In this document: positions 49,640 to 62,659 of the stretch, in pieces
Position numbering within the stretch: position 1 is the first letter of the stretch
How the letters are laid out: every line of letters begins with the position of its first letter
From: Felis catus
Taxonomy: Eukaryota
Assembly: GCF_018350175.1 (NCBI RefSeq)
Contig: NC_058368.1
Location: forward strand, 208,508,001 to 208,572,000
Length of the DNA: 64,000 bases
Direction: 5' to 3'
Made by a program: the position numbers and the translations under genes
The notes under the pieces: generated by a model
Seen by the model: only the letters and a program-made list of their open reading frames with translations
Told to the model about the DNA's origin: nothing
Databases searched by the model: none

Positions 49640-49815
49640 AGTCCAGTGTGATCCACTGTGATCCTGGGCAAGTGACCTAACCTCTCTGTGCTTCAGTTTC
49701 CTCATCTATAAAATGGGAATAATAATTATGGTACTTACTTCGTGAAGTTGTTGTAAAAATTACATTAATCAATATACATAAACTTCTTAGACCAATTCCT
49801 GACACAAAATGTATA
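49640..49815 (+). mobile_element. MIR SINE
   Basis: CTGTGATCCTGGGCAAGTGACCTAACCTCTCTGTGCTTCAGTTTCCTCATCTATAAAATGGG core. Confidence 0.9.
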
Positions 49816-49859
49816 TTTATTGTTATTATTTGTATGAATACTATTCTACTATTAAATGA

Positions 49860-50400
49860 AGTCCAGCTCCTTTAAGAAGTGTTCTAGGCCCCCCCACACT
49901 GGACCCTTCTACCTTCTAGCCTGATCCTTCACTACCTCACTCCCACACACCAGCATTTGCCACACTGGATTATTCATTCGTAATTTCCTGCCTCCTGGCC
50001 TTTGCTTACCCTTTGTTGCCTGGGATGCCCTTATCCTCATTGCTGGCTATGGAAATTCTGTGAATTCTTCAAGTCCAGCTCATAGGCAAACTTATTCTTG
50101 ACCCCTTTACTGATGCCCCATCTTGGAATTAGTTTCTCCCTCCTAGGCAATGTATTTGCCCCTTCATTTTTGATATTTAACAATTGTGCCTTATGTGACA
50201 GGAGGCATTTGTGGCCTCCTTCTTTCTCCTACCTCCCCTACAAACCCCTATTGTCCATGAAATTGTAAGTTCCTAAAAGCCGGGTTCTTTTCTTATTCAT
50301 GTTTTAAACACATTTAATATTTTAACTTTATATTTATGACCTCACACCTAGCAAAATGCCTGGCGTAAAGGAAGTTTTGCTAAAGTTTTATTGAAGAGAG
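49860..50400 (+). mobile_element. L2 3' region
   Basis: Pyrimidine-rich body, CCTTTGC...GCCTGGGATGCCC, ends CCTAGCAAAATGCCTGGC. Confidence 0.65.
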
Positions 50401-50949
50401 TTGTTAAATGTGTGTAGACATTCCCATGTCTATTCCAAGATGAAACAGACACTCAGTAATTATCTGGTGACTATAAATAGGGTGTGAAATTGGACACTCA
50501 GGACAAAATAGTCTCTTTGAGATCCAGTGGTCTGATCTGCGTGTCTACAATGATGAGACTAAAGCTACAAATCTAAGATATTCACTGCTTTGTGTGTGTC
50601 TGTTCAGACCTTTTTGGTTACCAGTAATACGAAACCTGATTCAAACCAATTTAAATAACAGAGAAAATCTAGTGCCACCTGATAATGAAGGAGAAAGGTT
50701 CAGCAAGACTTGCTCCAGTAGCTCAACAGTGTCACCAAAGGCCCAGTTTCATCCGATCTCCAATCTGTCTTCCACATGTTGTGTTGAACCCTAAGGTTGG
50801 TTTCCCTTATGTCACAAGATGGCTACAGGAGCTACTGGGGATTATAAGTTTCCTCACTCATGTCCTTTGGCAGGTCCACCATGTTGTGCAAATCCAGAAT
50901 ACACCATTCATGCAACTGAATTAAACATAATGCCAAAGGTACCTCAGAG

Positions 50950-51329
50950 TTCTGAGCACCAGATTCTGATGGAGGTTGGAGGCAGGCTTCCACACCATCA
51001 AGCAATTCTCAAACACCATGTGGGTGCCCTACAATTCAACTAAATTCTGACACTATCTATCTGGAGATAGCATCAGATTCCACAGGTGAAGGGCCCAGTC
51101 TCACAAACCTGCTCCTCCCCCAACTCATATGCCAGTTGCAAGTCTAGGTTATCACCTGTTCTGACCAGCCAGCTGCAGATCAGAGGTTCTACAGGCCATC
51201 TTCTTCCTTGGGTTTTGGGTATTTTGTTAGAGTGGTTTACAGAACTCAGAGAAACATTTTACCTACTGGATTACATATATATACATATACATATATATAT
51301 ATGTATATATATAATACACAAATATGTAT

Positions 51330-51390
<61 letters not shown>

Positions 51391-51823
51391 GTGTGTGTGT
51401 ATATACATATATATAATATTTCAGAAAACAGTCAGATGAAAGAGATGCATAGGACAACATAGGGGGAAAGGGCACCAAGCTTCCATGCCTTCTCTGACAA
51501 CAAGCGCCACTCTCCCCTCATCTCCACGTGTCCACCAACTCAGCAGCTCTTCAAACCCCGTCCTCCTGGGTTTTTATGGAGGCTTCACTAAGAGCAGAAG
51601 GCAGGGGGTATTACCGAAAGTTCCAAGCTTCTAATCACATGGTTGGTTCTCTTGGCACCCAGCCCCAAACCTCAGGTGCTTTCCAGAAGTCACGAGTTTG
51701 GATAACAAAAGATACCTTTTATGCTCTCATCTCTTAGGAAATTCCAAGGGATTTAGGAGATCTGTGCCAGAAATGGGCATGAAGACCAAATATATATTTC
51801 TTACTATAAATCCCACTAGCACA
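50950..51823 (-). mobile_element. MER21B/C-like ERV solo LTR, nested in an antisense MLT1 LTR (about 50590-52030)
   Basis: Minus strand reads AAGAAATATATATTTGGTCTTC...CTGGCACAGATCTCCTAAATCCCTTGGAATTTCC; also TTCTGACACTATCTATCTGGAGATAGCATCAGAT. Confidence 0.85.
51273..51416. repeat. (TATATG)n / TA-rich microsatellite inside the LTR
   Basis: Direct read; gives the MYMYMY ORF. Confidence 0.97.
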
Positions 51824-54209
51824 GTGTGCCGGGATTCGTGCAAGGTAATAGCTCTGTCCACCAGAAAGAGGGAATCTCTCCAGATGGCTTCCATAGAAAA
51901 GAGAGGGAACTTCTTCCACCAGCAGCCTCCAGGAAACATCTTGTTACATTGTGGCCAGAGTCATAGAAAGGGACTTTTGGATTGATTACATCAGGCTTTA
52001 TGTTTGGAAGACCCTGGGTTACTGTCAAAAGAAAGATGACCAATGACACAGCTAGTAGAGAGCAGAGAAGATAGTGTTTGCTCCATCTAATGGAGCAATT
52101 ATTATTATATATAATAATTATATAATGTACATACATATATGCATACACACATATATAAGCATGTGTATAGTTAAAACATGTATATAATGAGACTGTAATT
52201 TTCATTTGCTCAACAAACCAGGTGCCTGATACAATGAACGTTATCTGGTCGCTGTCCTCAAGGAGCTCACAGTCCTTTCTCCTTTCTTCCTCTCTTTTAT
52301 TACGAAGTTAAAGTAGCTGAACCCTTAACCTTGATAAAATCTCTTCAGAATCTGTTCCCAGAATGCACCTTTGTTTTGTTTCTAAGGTGGCTCATAGGAT
52401 CATATTAAAGCCATTAACATATGTTTAGAAACTGAGGTGTTTTAAGGAAGTTTTATGCCTGTGACCTGGTGGACATCTCTCCAAGGGTGACCAAGGCCAT
52501 GCCAGCCATAGAGAAGGGATTGCTCAGACTGACCAGAGACCACATTGAACCCTCTGAACAGCCTTGGGAGACAGGCAGATTTCCAAGACTAAATGTTCCC
52601 AGAAGTATTCCAGTAATTCAACCCACGTTGCAACTCACTTAGGAAGATATATTTAGCCTTTATTTTTATTTTTATTTTTGTTTTTTTAGTGAATGATGTA
52701 TTTATACTGGATCCCAGACATTTTGAGATAGAATTAAAACAATGATTTCTGATCTCCAACAAAGTCCAGATTTCCAGTTTTACTGGAGCTAACTCATTCA
52801 GATGAAACTGAGGAGACAAGAAGTCAGAGCTCAACTGTTTATTAGTTATTTTACTCTGAATAAGTCACTTCACCTCTTTAGGCTTCAACTTCAGTAATCA
52901 ACAACCAATGCAGAAAATATTTACTGGGTGCCTCTTATGGGTCAGGTTCTGTGCTAGATGCTCAGGATAGAACCATAAAGGCATTCTCCTCACCTGCAAA
53001 GTGAAAGAGAGGCCTAAATAATGTCAACCTCCCTCCTGCTATAAAGATTGTATGCTTTGGAGATGGAGACAGCAGGTACGTGTCCCCAAGCTCTGCAGCA
53101 GTGACCCATCAGTAATGGGGTGTGATGAACGTGGAGCCCATCCCTACTTGTCACATCCATCTCTCTCCTCATAACCATTGGTGCTGGGACAGCACGATCA
53201 GGGTGTAAACTGCCTTCTGCCAGGGCCTGCGGCACTCTGACTTTTGGTAATTCATCAGTTCATTTATAGATTAGTAGGCTATAAATATCCTATCCAAAAT
53301 AAGTCATATATTCTCCTTTCCTTAGAGTCCCAGAAGAACAGGTGTGCTTTATCTCCTTTCATATAAACATCAGAGACTGACCCTGCAAGTTCATTAAAAA
53401 AAAAAAAAAAAAAAGAAAGAAAGAAAGAAAGAAAAAGAATCCATTGGTGGGTGGTAAAATTCCTTTTGGACTCTCTGCCTGTTCATAGAGTTGTTTTCAG
53501 AGTGATCAGTGATCTTCTGGACAGCAAGGAGAAATTAATCACATTGAAAGTTTGTCTGCTGCTATAAACCAGCTGCAGATCATGGTGCCTGCGGCTGTGA
53601 GGCACCAGGGAAGGAGAAACAGAATTGGAGCCAAAGAAGCTGGCTTTGTTTAAGTCTCAGTCAACTTACCAGAGAAATGTTCGGTATGTCATTCTCAGAC
53701 TTCTCTGAATCTCGATTTTCTTATCTTCAAAATGGGAATGCCTACTTCTCAGAGTTGTCATAAAGCTCACAAGAGATAATGTGTATGAAAAGCTCACAAG
53801 AGATAATGTTAATTATCATTGTATCTCAGGATGTAAAGCACTATCTCTTAGCATAAAGATGAAAAGATCCTGCAAAGGGAACTAGTCACCAGCTGGCATC
53901 ACAGATTTTTGAAATCTAGATGAGATCACGATAACCATCCAGCTCATCCACACGATTTCACAGAAATTAAAGCCCGGAAAGGTTGAGTGAGCCACCCAAG
54001 AGAATAGTATTAGCCACTATTTAAAAAAATACCTTAAAATGGTTTTTAAAATAGGGGTTCATCATAGCACATAACAAGAAGTCCAGAGAATGGACTATTT
54101 CAGAAAGTCAACATTGTTAAGACTCAGACCTTCCTCTCATGTTGGCAAGATGCTTGCCATAGTCCTAAATATCACAACATCACATGACAATATCTAAAGA
54201 GAGGAAGAC

Positions 54210-54211
<2 letters not shown>

Positions 54212-54252
<41 letters not shown>
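54212..54252. repeat. (GT)n microsatellite within an antisense MLT1-like fragment
   Basis: Direct read; flanks resemble old MLT1 sequence. Confidence 0.95.
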
Positions 54253-54253
<1 letters not shown>

Positions 54254-54929
54254 ATGCTGGCACACACGTTGGGGAAGGTAGAGGGAAAAAACTCCCCTTG
54301 CATATCTCCCTTTTCCTCTAAGGGCATAAATATTTCGAGAGGCCCCCAGCACACTTTCCCTCAGGTCCCATTAACCAGAACTGACTTACATGCCCACCTT
54401 TAAGCCAATTACTGACAAAAAAAGAATGAGGATTACCACTGTATGGTTAGGTGATTCATGATTTTTGCCCTGGGACCACCTTCCCTAAGCATGTTCCTGA
54501 CCCATGCCTAATAAATCTGAGTTTTTATTACTAAAAAGAAAAAATGGGCAGTAGTCATTGGGCAGACAGCCAATAGTTTCTACCATCCTGTCAAAACAGT
54601 CCTGTTTTTCCCAGAATTTGATATTCTTGGTGGTCCATTGGATAACTGGTGGCTCTTGTCACATAAACAACTCCATGATACCCATAGTCTAGTTCCTTCT
54701 AAATGCAGACAATTTCTTCAAGGTTTGTGATCTTTTGCAATTTATATAAATATTTGAGTCTATCCTTCATTCTGCAAATATAGGAAATGCTCGATTAAAC
54801 CCCATAAATCAACTCCTAAATAAGAATGTTAGCTACCTTATCTGTTCATTGATTCCAAACATTTTTTTAAGTTTCCTACTACATACTAGGAACTATTCTT
54901 GATGTGATTTATACATGGCACTGAGATAA

Positions 54930-55615
54930 ATGTTCAACTATTTGGAAAAGCAAAGTAAATAAGTGCTTAATCTATTAAAGAGTTAGATATTTTGAAAACA
55001 GCATTTACAGAAACTTGAGGTCAGTAAGAGCTACCATAAAGGAAAGGAATAAAATCATAAAGGAACATTTCAAGTTGCCAAAAAGTTTTAACACTCCAAC
55101 GCATCCCCCAAACAGTATGTTAAAAGATAACTGGGAAAAACATTTGTGATAACTTTAAGAGGATTTTGTTCCTTCATACATAAAAATCTTTTATAAATCA
55201 ATAAGAAAAGAGGACACCTTAAAAAATGGCCAAAGAACATGAGCGTATAAGTCATAAGGGTAAGAAATGGGAATGGTCAACAAACGACCTAAAATGTTTG
55301 ACCTTCGTAGTAAAGTGCATACAGTTGCGTGTTTAAGTAATATAACACCACTTTAACGTGTTAAGTTGGCAAATCATATTAACAAGTGTTGGTGTGAGTG
55401 TGTGGGAAACCAGCATTCTCATATATTGCCGGTGAGAGTATGCACTGGCTGAGATTTGGGGGAATGCAATTTGCTGATATGCAACAAAAGCGTAAGGGGT
55501 GCATCTTTTGATCCAGCAATTCTCCTTCTACTCATTTATCCCCCAAAAGAGCCAAGGGAGTGTGCACAGATGTTTTGAATCAATGTGCCCACTTACTGTT
55601 ACTTACAATGGCACT
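54930..55615 (+). mobile_element. Degraded ancient L1M ORF2 3' remnant
   Basis: AACTGGGAAAAACATTTG...AAAAATGGCCAAAGAACATG...CAAGTGTTGGTG...TTTGATCCAGCAATTC. Confidence 0.7.
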
Positions 55616-55794
55616 TGAAACTCAGGCTGTGGATTCCAAGTACAGACACCAAACTTACCTGTAAATTGAGTTTTTGCTTGGTTCTAGAGCCTGTTAGAAT
55701 TTTATGAATTGCGCAGCATAAAGACTTTTGAAAAAACAAAGTATTTAAATTGTTGAGGGCCTGTGTAGTTTTGCTTTAAAGTAAAAGTCTGCTT

Positions 55795-55997
55795 ACAACG
55801 GGTTTAGTTAATATCCATCATATTATATAGATCATATAGATACACTAAAAAGGAAAAAAAAAATCTCCTGGTAATGTGGGTGATCATTTCACAGTATATG
55901 TAAATCAAACTATCATGCTGTACATCTTAAACTTATATAGTGATGTATGCCAATTATTTCTCAATAAAACTGGAAAAAAAATTTAAAAACATAACAG
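55795..55997 (+). mobile_element. Short L1 3'-end insertion with 5' inversion and 15-bp target-site duplication
   Basis: AGTAAAAGTCTGCTT at 55780-55794 and 55998-56012; ends CTCAATAAAACTGG plus A tail. Confidence 0.85.
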
Positions 55998-56131
55998 AGT
56001 AAAAGTCTGCTTGATAATCTCCATGATCCTTTTGTGGGAAAAGAATAACCAAACATATTTTAAAAAAATTATCTTCACCTTCAAATTTTTAAAAAAGGTT
56101 CTTAAAATGATATTTTAAATGGGATAACCTA

Positions 56132-56352
56132 GGGGCGCCTGGGTGGCTCAGTCGGTTGGGCGACCGACTTCGGCTCGGGTCATGATCTAGCGGTCCGTGG
56201 GTTCGAGCTCCGCATCGGGCTCTGTGCTGACAGCTGAGAGCCTGGAGCCTGTTTCAGATTCTGTGTCTCCCTCTCTCTCTGGCCTTCCCCCATTCATGCT
56301 CTGTCTCTCTCTCTAAAATGAATAAACGTTAAAAAAAAAATTAAAAAAAAAA
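56132..56352 (+). mobile_element. Feline SINE with 16-bp target-site duplication
   Basis: TAAATGGGATAACCTA at 56116-56131 and 56353-56368. Confidence 0.97.
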
Positions 56353-56464
56353 TAAATGGGATAACCTAGTTAAAATTAACCTTAAAAGGTGATATTAAAT
56401 TTTTTTAAAAATGAACCTACAAATTTAGAAATAAAAAAGACTTTTAAAGTAAAGCCACGAGTTT

Positions 56465-56639
56465 ATTTTCTATTATTATTTTTTAAATATTTATTTTTAA
56501 GAGAGAGGGAGACAGAGGATCCAAAGCAGGCTCTGCACTGGCAGCACAGAGCCTGATGCAGGGCTCAAACTCACAAACCGTGAGATTACAACCCCAGCCA
56601 AAGTCAGACACTCAACCGACTGAGCCACCCAGGCGTCCC
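56465..56639 (-). mobile_element. Carnivore SINE
   Basis: Antisense body ending GAGCCACCCAGGCGTCCC. Confidence 0.95.
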
Positions 56640-56939
56640 AAGGCTTTGGGTTTAAATGAAGGGAAAAGCAAGCCTAGGGCCAGACAGCTGCGTGCAACAG
56701 GCCTTTCTGCGTTGTCTTAGATTTGTAAATTCTTTTACAGTTACTACTATTTAACACTTAGATATTTAATGATTAAACTTATGACATTTTGGATTGCTCG
56801 TATTTAGAGTTGTGGTTCGTATGCTCCTCAAGAATTAACTAATTAATGAAGGTAATTTTCAAAAATTCAGATCTTTGTTAATAGTTTGTAAGACTTCCTC
56901 AGGGTATGTGCTAAGTGCTCCAAAATAAGTAAACCTAAT

Positions 56940-57195
56940 CGTAGCTAACATTTAGTCAGTGCTTGCTGTGTGCCTGGCCTTGCTTTAAGCTCTTTGCATA
57001 TGTTAACTCATTAAATGTTCACAGCAACCCGGTGAGGCAGCACCATTATGATCTCCATTTTACAGATGAGGAAACAGAGGCACAGGAGGGTGACTAGCCT
57101 CCTCAGGTACACACTACCAGCTCATGGCAAAGCGGGGCTTTAACTCCAGACACCCTTACTCCAGAGTCCTGGCGCTAACCATTAAGCACAGCTGC
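56940..57195 (-). mobile_element. MIR SINE (second MIR follows at about 57410-57640)
   Basis: CCATTTTACAGATGAGGAAACAGAGGCACAG core. Confidence 0.9.
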
Positions 57196-58384
57196 CTCAA
57201 CTGCCTGAACAGCATTCGGTACTTGGCTGCAGAAGATAAAGATGTCTCCACAGGGCACAAAGAGGAGATGGGCACAGTGGTTCCCAACTGATTCACCAGA
57301 TGAATGATCTGGGGAAAGTTGTGAAAAATACAGACTCCAGAATCAGATTCTCCTGAGGTGAGAGCCAGGGAACGGCCTTTTTGCCAGGTCGTGGAAGACC
57401 AGCGGATGCTTTCAGTGTTTGCTATGGGCCAAGCACTGAGCTAACCGCTTTACACACCTCACCTCATTTCCTCCTCACGCAGACCCCACCTGCTGGACAC
57501 TCTTTACACTCCTCCCGTTTTAGGCCTGAGGAAACAGAGGCTTTCAAGAGATTAGGTACTGTGTCCAAGGTCACAGAGCCCATGGGCAGTCAGATCAGGA
57601 CTCACTGAGCCTCCAGACTTTGACCTCTTACCACTGGACATGCTGTGCAAGGGCAGGGCTCAGGGAGAAAGTGCCACTTACTGGCTGCACCAAAGGGTAT
57701 TCCCAGGCAACCAGTAAATGAGGCAGGCTCTAGGGAGTGAAGCGCCCACCTCACAACATGCAGAGGCTTCCCCAGGCTGAGGGGGACCAGAGGGTGGTTT
57801 CTGGACTAGAGGACAGAGGGCACAAAGCAAGTCAAGGCCCCAGAACACAATGGACACCAGCCCACAGAGGCGGGCTGCAAACACCACAGAAGGCTGATGT
57901 GCAAGGTAGTGTGTGCATGGCCTGGACCAAGGCCCTGTCAGTGTAGAACCTGAAAATCTGGTTCCTTCACAGACCTTCAGGACCTGATAAGAATATTAGA
58001 TGTTTGAAAGTGCCCTGCTCCCCCAACAGTCATAAAATTCAAAATAAAAACAAAACTAAACAGTAAATTAAAGGGAACTCAACGAAGCTCTACCTTTTTC
58101 TCATCATCAGGACTTTGATTTTTTTTGAAATATCAAATACCAATTTCTTTCAACCGCCCTAAACGCGTGCTTTGTCTGCACTGGGACACCAGCTTTTAAT
58201 CACTGCTAAGGTTCCATTCTGCTACATCTTTGTCATCAATTAAAGTTGTCTTTATGGTAAATTATGGTAAACATGGTAGTGTTTATGTAGGAAGGGGGAA
58301 ATTTCCTACCTCAGTTGAGACTGGGGTGTCAATATGATAAACATCAGGCTAACATGACAAATACGAGACATATTCCGCCACCAT

Positions 58385-58387
<3 letters not shown>

Positions 58388-58427
<40 letters not shown>
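58388..58427. repeat. (CA)n microsatellite
   Basis: Direct read. Confidence 0.99.
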
Positions 58428-58429
<2 letters not shown>

Positions 58430-60645
58430 AACATAATGGCTCTGAGAACCTGGAACATAAAGCAGGGATCAGAGAATGAAGAGAAGAGAAAACCTGTGGA
58501 AATCTTTGAAGAAAACTGTGCTCTGAACTCTTTTTCCCTCGACCTTCCCAAGGTGTTTGAGGAGTACACCATGAGGGGTCTTTGCTGGATCCCCTTCACT
58601 GAGCCCAACACGTCACAGAATTGGGAGGCCCTGCACTGCCAGGGACTGTAGGCGCCAACGAGGAGTCATGAGGGAAGCAGGTGGCCTCGGATTAAGGAGG
58701 CTGGAAGTGGATGGCCAGCTGCCCTGCACTGACAGAGGCAGCACAAGTCTGAGTCAGACAGAGACGGAGCCATGTCCCTCCAGGGTCCAGCGGGAGAGAT
58801 GCCCTGAAGGGATCTGTGGGGATCCCATAGAGGCTCCCATGAGGGAAAGCAACTGCTTTGCTCCTTATCTCATCTTCCCCACCCCACTCTATCCTGCCTC
58901 TCTGGCAGGGGAAAGAAAAAGTCATTCATTGGTGAGTGGGGAAGGAAGATAGCTGAGGCCAGGATAACTCTGAGGTGTTGAGGGTTGAGGGAAGATTTGC
59001 TGAGAGGTCAAGTGAAGATTGTTTATTGTTACAGTGCAGGCTTTCGGTCTTCTGAATCGAGACTATGTGACTGAAAGGAACTCAAGATGGCCACTGTGCT
59101 GTCAATGAGCATAGAAGGCACAGCCTGCCTGATTTTTCATCTGGGTTAAGGAAACATGAACACTACCACCTCTAAATAAAGTTTAAAGGTACCAAGGGAA
59201 GCAAAACTAAAGTTGTGTCTTGAATATATCAAAAGTTGTACTTGTTCAATATATTGCTCTAACATTCATCCGGCACCTACTTTTTGCCTGAGGCCATGCT
59301 AGGGGAATCACTCACTATCTTACTTAAAATTCAAGAGTCCTTTGAGGAAGTATAAACCTCCTCATTTTTTCAGACAACTAAGGCTCAGAGAGGGTAAGTG
59401 ATTGAGCTGAAATCTGAGCCCAGTTGTGTGGTCTCTACTACAAGTACCACAGTGCCCTAGGATGGGAATGCCTGCAGCATCCTGTAGAAAGATTTCCCCG
59501 TTGAAGGGCTGGGGCAGTGGGCATACTGGTGATTTGTTCTGCTCTAGAATTGCAGAGACAAGGCTTGCCATCCACATATAGACAATGTATATGCTCCCAG
59601 GAGGTCATCTGATTTGAATCGCGTTTCAGGCAGCAGCAGGGATGGACACGCATGGAACCACTCACATGCTCATAACTCATATCCTCCATATCATTCTCAT
59701 ATCCTCCATAACTCATCCTGGAGAGCTGGCATGAAGGCACATCGCCACCTCTAGTTAGCAGATGCCAATCTTGGCCCCATTGGCACCATGCTGGAATAGA
59801 CTGGACAAGCCACAAACATCCAGAATGGCAAAATATATACCAAAGAGTGTCTAAATCAGCAGCCAGACCAGCAGAAAAGGGAGAGTTTAGAATTTTACAA
59901 AAAAAATGCTGTTTGAAACCACCATGAAACATAGGCTGTGATAGGGATAGGGTCCTTCAGTGATGAGGGTCAGTGTTTGAAACAGGAAAACCTCGTTTCC
60001 ATCAATCTTTAACCTAATGTGTCAGGACACTGGATAGGTGACTTTTTTTTTTTTAACTTTTCATAAAGTCCCAATAAATTCAGTTCAAACTAACTTGTAA
60101 ATTTCCAGGCAATCCACATGTCACTCCCCACCCCCAATCCCCCAAGCCCCTACCCCCTCCACCTCCCACCTCCGGAAACCACATAAACATATCAACAGAA
60201 GCAGGTTCCTCTCAAGGACAGGCTGCTGCATTCTTCAGATTACTAAATCCTCATGAAAAGCCACCATTGTCCTGGCAAGGCATTCACGCCACCCAGATTG
60301 ACTGAGTCTCCTACCGAATTGCCCATTTCAGGCCAGAGGGGGCTCCCAGAGAGCCTCAGGGAGGTAACTGCACCAGTGCATGGGGGCACGGTGGGGTAGG
60401 GGGAAGGTCACTAATTTATCTTAGTGGGGTGCTAACTTTGAAGCACACTGAAGGCTACTTAAATGTTAACATTCGAAGGGGAAAGCACAAACACCCAGCT
60501 TTCAAGCCATCAAATTTTTCTTTTAAGAGATAACCACTTCTGACTCAGGAGACAAGTATTAAAAATAAAAATACCCAATCCAAACAAAATCCAGACCAGC
60601 TCTCCACCATCCATACAATCTTGGTGGTCTCCAGGTGAAAGAAAG

Positions 60646-60648
<3 letters not shown>

Positions 60649-60695
<47 letters not shown>
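60649..60695. repeat. (GT)n microsatellite
   Basis: Direct read. Confidence 0.99.
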
Positions 60696-60697
<2 letters not shown>

Positions 60698-62338
60698 GTA
60701 CAGCCCAACACAGGTTTTCTTTCTTTCTTTTTTTCTAAACAGTTTCTTTTCCCCACCTTTCAAAGGTTAGCTGAGTTATACAAATTCATCTGACCAAAGT
60801 AAATCCCAATGTATAAGTGATGAAACAGTCTTATGAAAGATAAAGAGAGATATTTCATTAGCATGAAGAAGAAAAAAAAAACAACCCAAACAACAATCCT
60901 CTCACCTAACCTTGGACTCAGTAAGAGGAAAATTGTCTTAAAGAATTTAAGCAGTGAAACATAAGTCATGACACTGCTGCATGGTTTAGAAGTTGCTCGT
61001 TCCTTCTTTCTTCTCTCTGCCAAAAAAAAAAAAAATTGCAGGAGAAGGTTACAGAGAATGAACAAAATTAATGTTCTTTATTTACATTCAAAGCTAAAAT
61101 GCAGTTGTTATAGCCAGAGCATAAGCTGAAGACAGGAGGTTCCAAGGCTCAGATTTTGACTCTTCCCTCCTGCCAAGGTCTCTTCATTAGAAGCCACTTC
61201 TATGTCTCATTAATTTGCCTCTGCTTTCAGTCGGTGACTCACCCATGGGAATGAGCTGCACCCAGCCAGCTCCTCGAGGAAAAATGCCTTTTCCGCCCCT
61301 GGTGGGACTCCTTTTGTGTCAGTTGGAAAAAAATCAGCTGTACCTTTCTGGCTCTACCAGGACAACGCTTAAAGAAAACAGAGTCGGACCAAACTGTCGT
61401 TCTAATTCCTCTTCCACAATAAAATCTGAGAGATAGAGATAGAGAGAAGGAGATTTAGAATGGGAGAGGGCACAGATGTTGGGGGGAAAAAGTGAGGCAG
61501 GCCTTCTCTTATAAGTGGGTTCATTAGCCTTATTAAGCATCTTCAGCTTTTTGCCTCTCTCTCACCACTAACTGAAATACTAAAAAGGTGGAGAGAGGGA
61601 TGTGATACCATCTCAAAAAGGATTTGGGGGCTTAAAGGGTTCCTTATTTGTGTACACAGACATAGCACGTATGCATGGCTGTTAGAATATGCTGTAGTCC
61701 AACTGCAGTGAAGGTAGAACTTCAGCATTGAAGGACCGAAGCAAAACACGAAGTCTGGGTTATTCTTTTTCTTTCCTCTTAATTCTCATCCTTGTCCAGA
61801 CAGCATTCTGCCTTTACTCCACACCTTTGCATCCCAAGATCATCTGAGGAGAAAAAAAAAAAACCCACCAAACAAACAAAAACCAAACTACCCTGGATTT
61901 AATATAATTTTCAAATGTGGAACTCTTAAAAAAATGGTATCCACGATGGTTTAAAATCAATGTGCTTGTCTTCTCTCTGCATCTCCAACCTGAAGCCTCT
62001 CTTACTTGTTTTCCTTGTCCTTCTGTGCTATTTCAGCCAGAGGAATGAACTTTGTATTGGAAATTTTAGGCCAGGTGTGAGGTATTAACCTTGGCAGAGA
62101 TACCAAAGATTAGTTTAAGAAAAATATAAATCGGCAGAAGGCAATGCATAGATGTTTCCCCAGGAACAGGATTAACAAAGAAAAATAAAAGAAAAAGACA
62201 TTACATCCGGCATATTTCAAAGTCATGAGGAAACACATGGATTGTATAAAGAGTAAGATCCAAGTTGGCTCAATTCATAAAGAATTAAGGAGGCAGCAAC
62301 AAGAATATGAGACAACATGGGGGTGCCTGGGTGGCTCA

Positions 62339-62535
62339 TTTGGTTAAGGGTCTGACTTGGACTCAGGTAATTATCTCATGGTTTGTGAGTTCAAGCCCTG
62401 CGTCGGTCTCTGTGCTGACAGCTCAGAGCCTGGAGCCTGCTTCGGATCCTGTGTCTCCCTCTCTCTCTCTGTCCTTCCCTGGCTCACACTGTCTCTCTCT
62501 GTCTCAAAAAAGGAATAAATGTTAAAAAAAAAAAT
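62339..62535 (+). mobile_element. Carnivore SINE
   Basis: TATGAGACAACAT on both flanks. Confidence 0.96.
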
Positions 62536-62600
62536 TTAAGACTATGAGACAACATGAATACAGCAACAACTTTCCCTTATTCTGCACTCCACCTGCCCCC

Positions 62601-62601
<1 letters not shown>

Positions 62602-62649
<48 letters not shown>
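62602..62649. repeat. (CA)n microsatellite
   Basis: Direct read. Confidence 0.99.
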
Positions 62650-62652
<3 letters not shown>

Positions 62653-62659
62653 ACACAAA

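Noticed and set aside
61290..61308. CTCF-like CCACCAGGGGCGG on the minus strand
   Set aside because: One G short in the core, so the GGC end is out of register; too weak to call.
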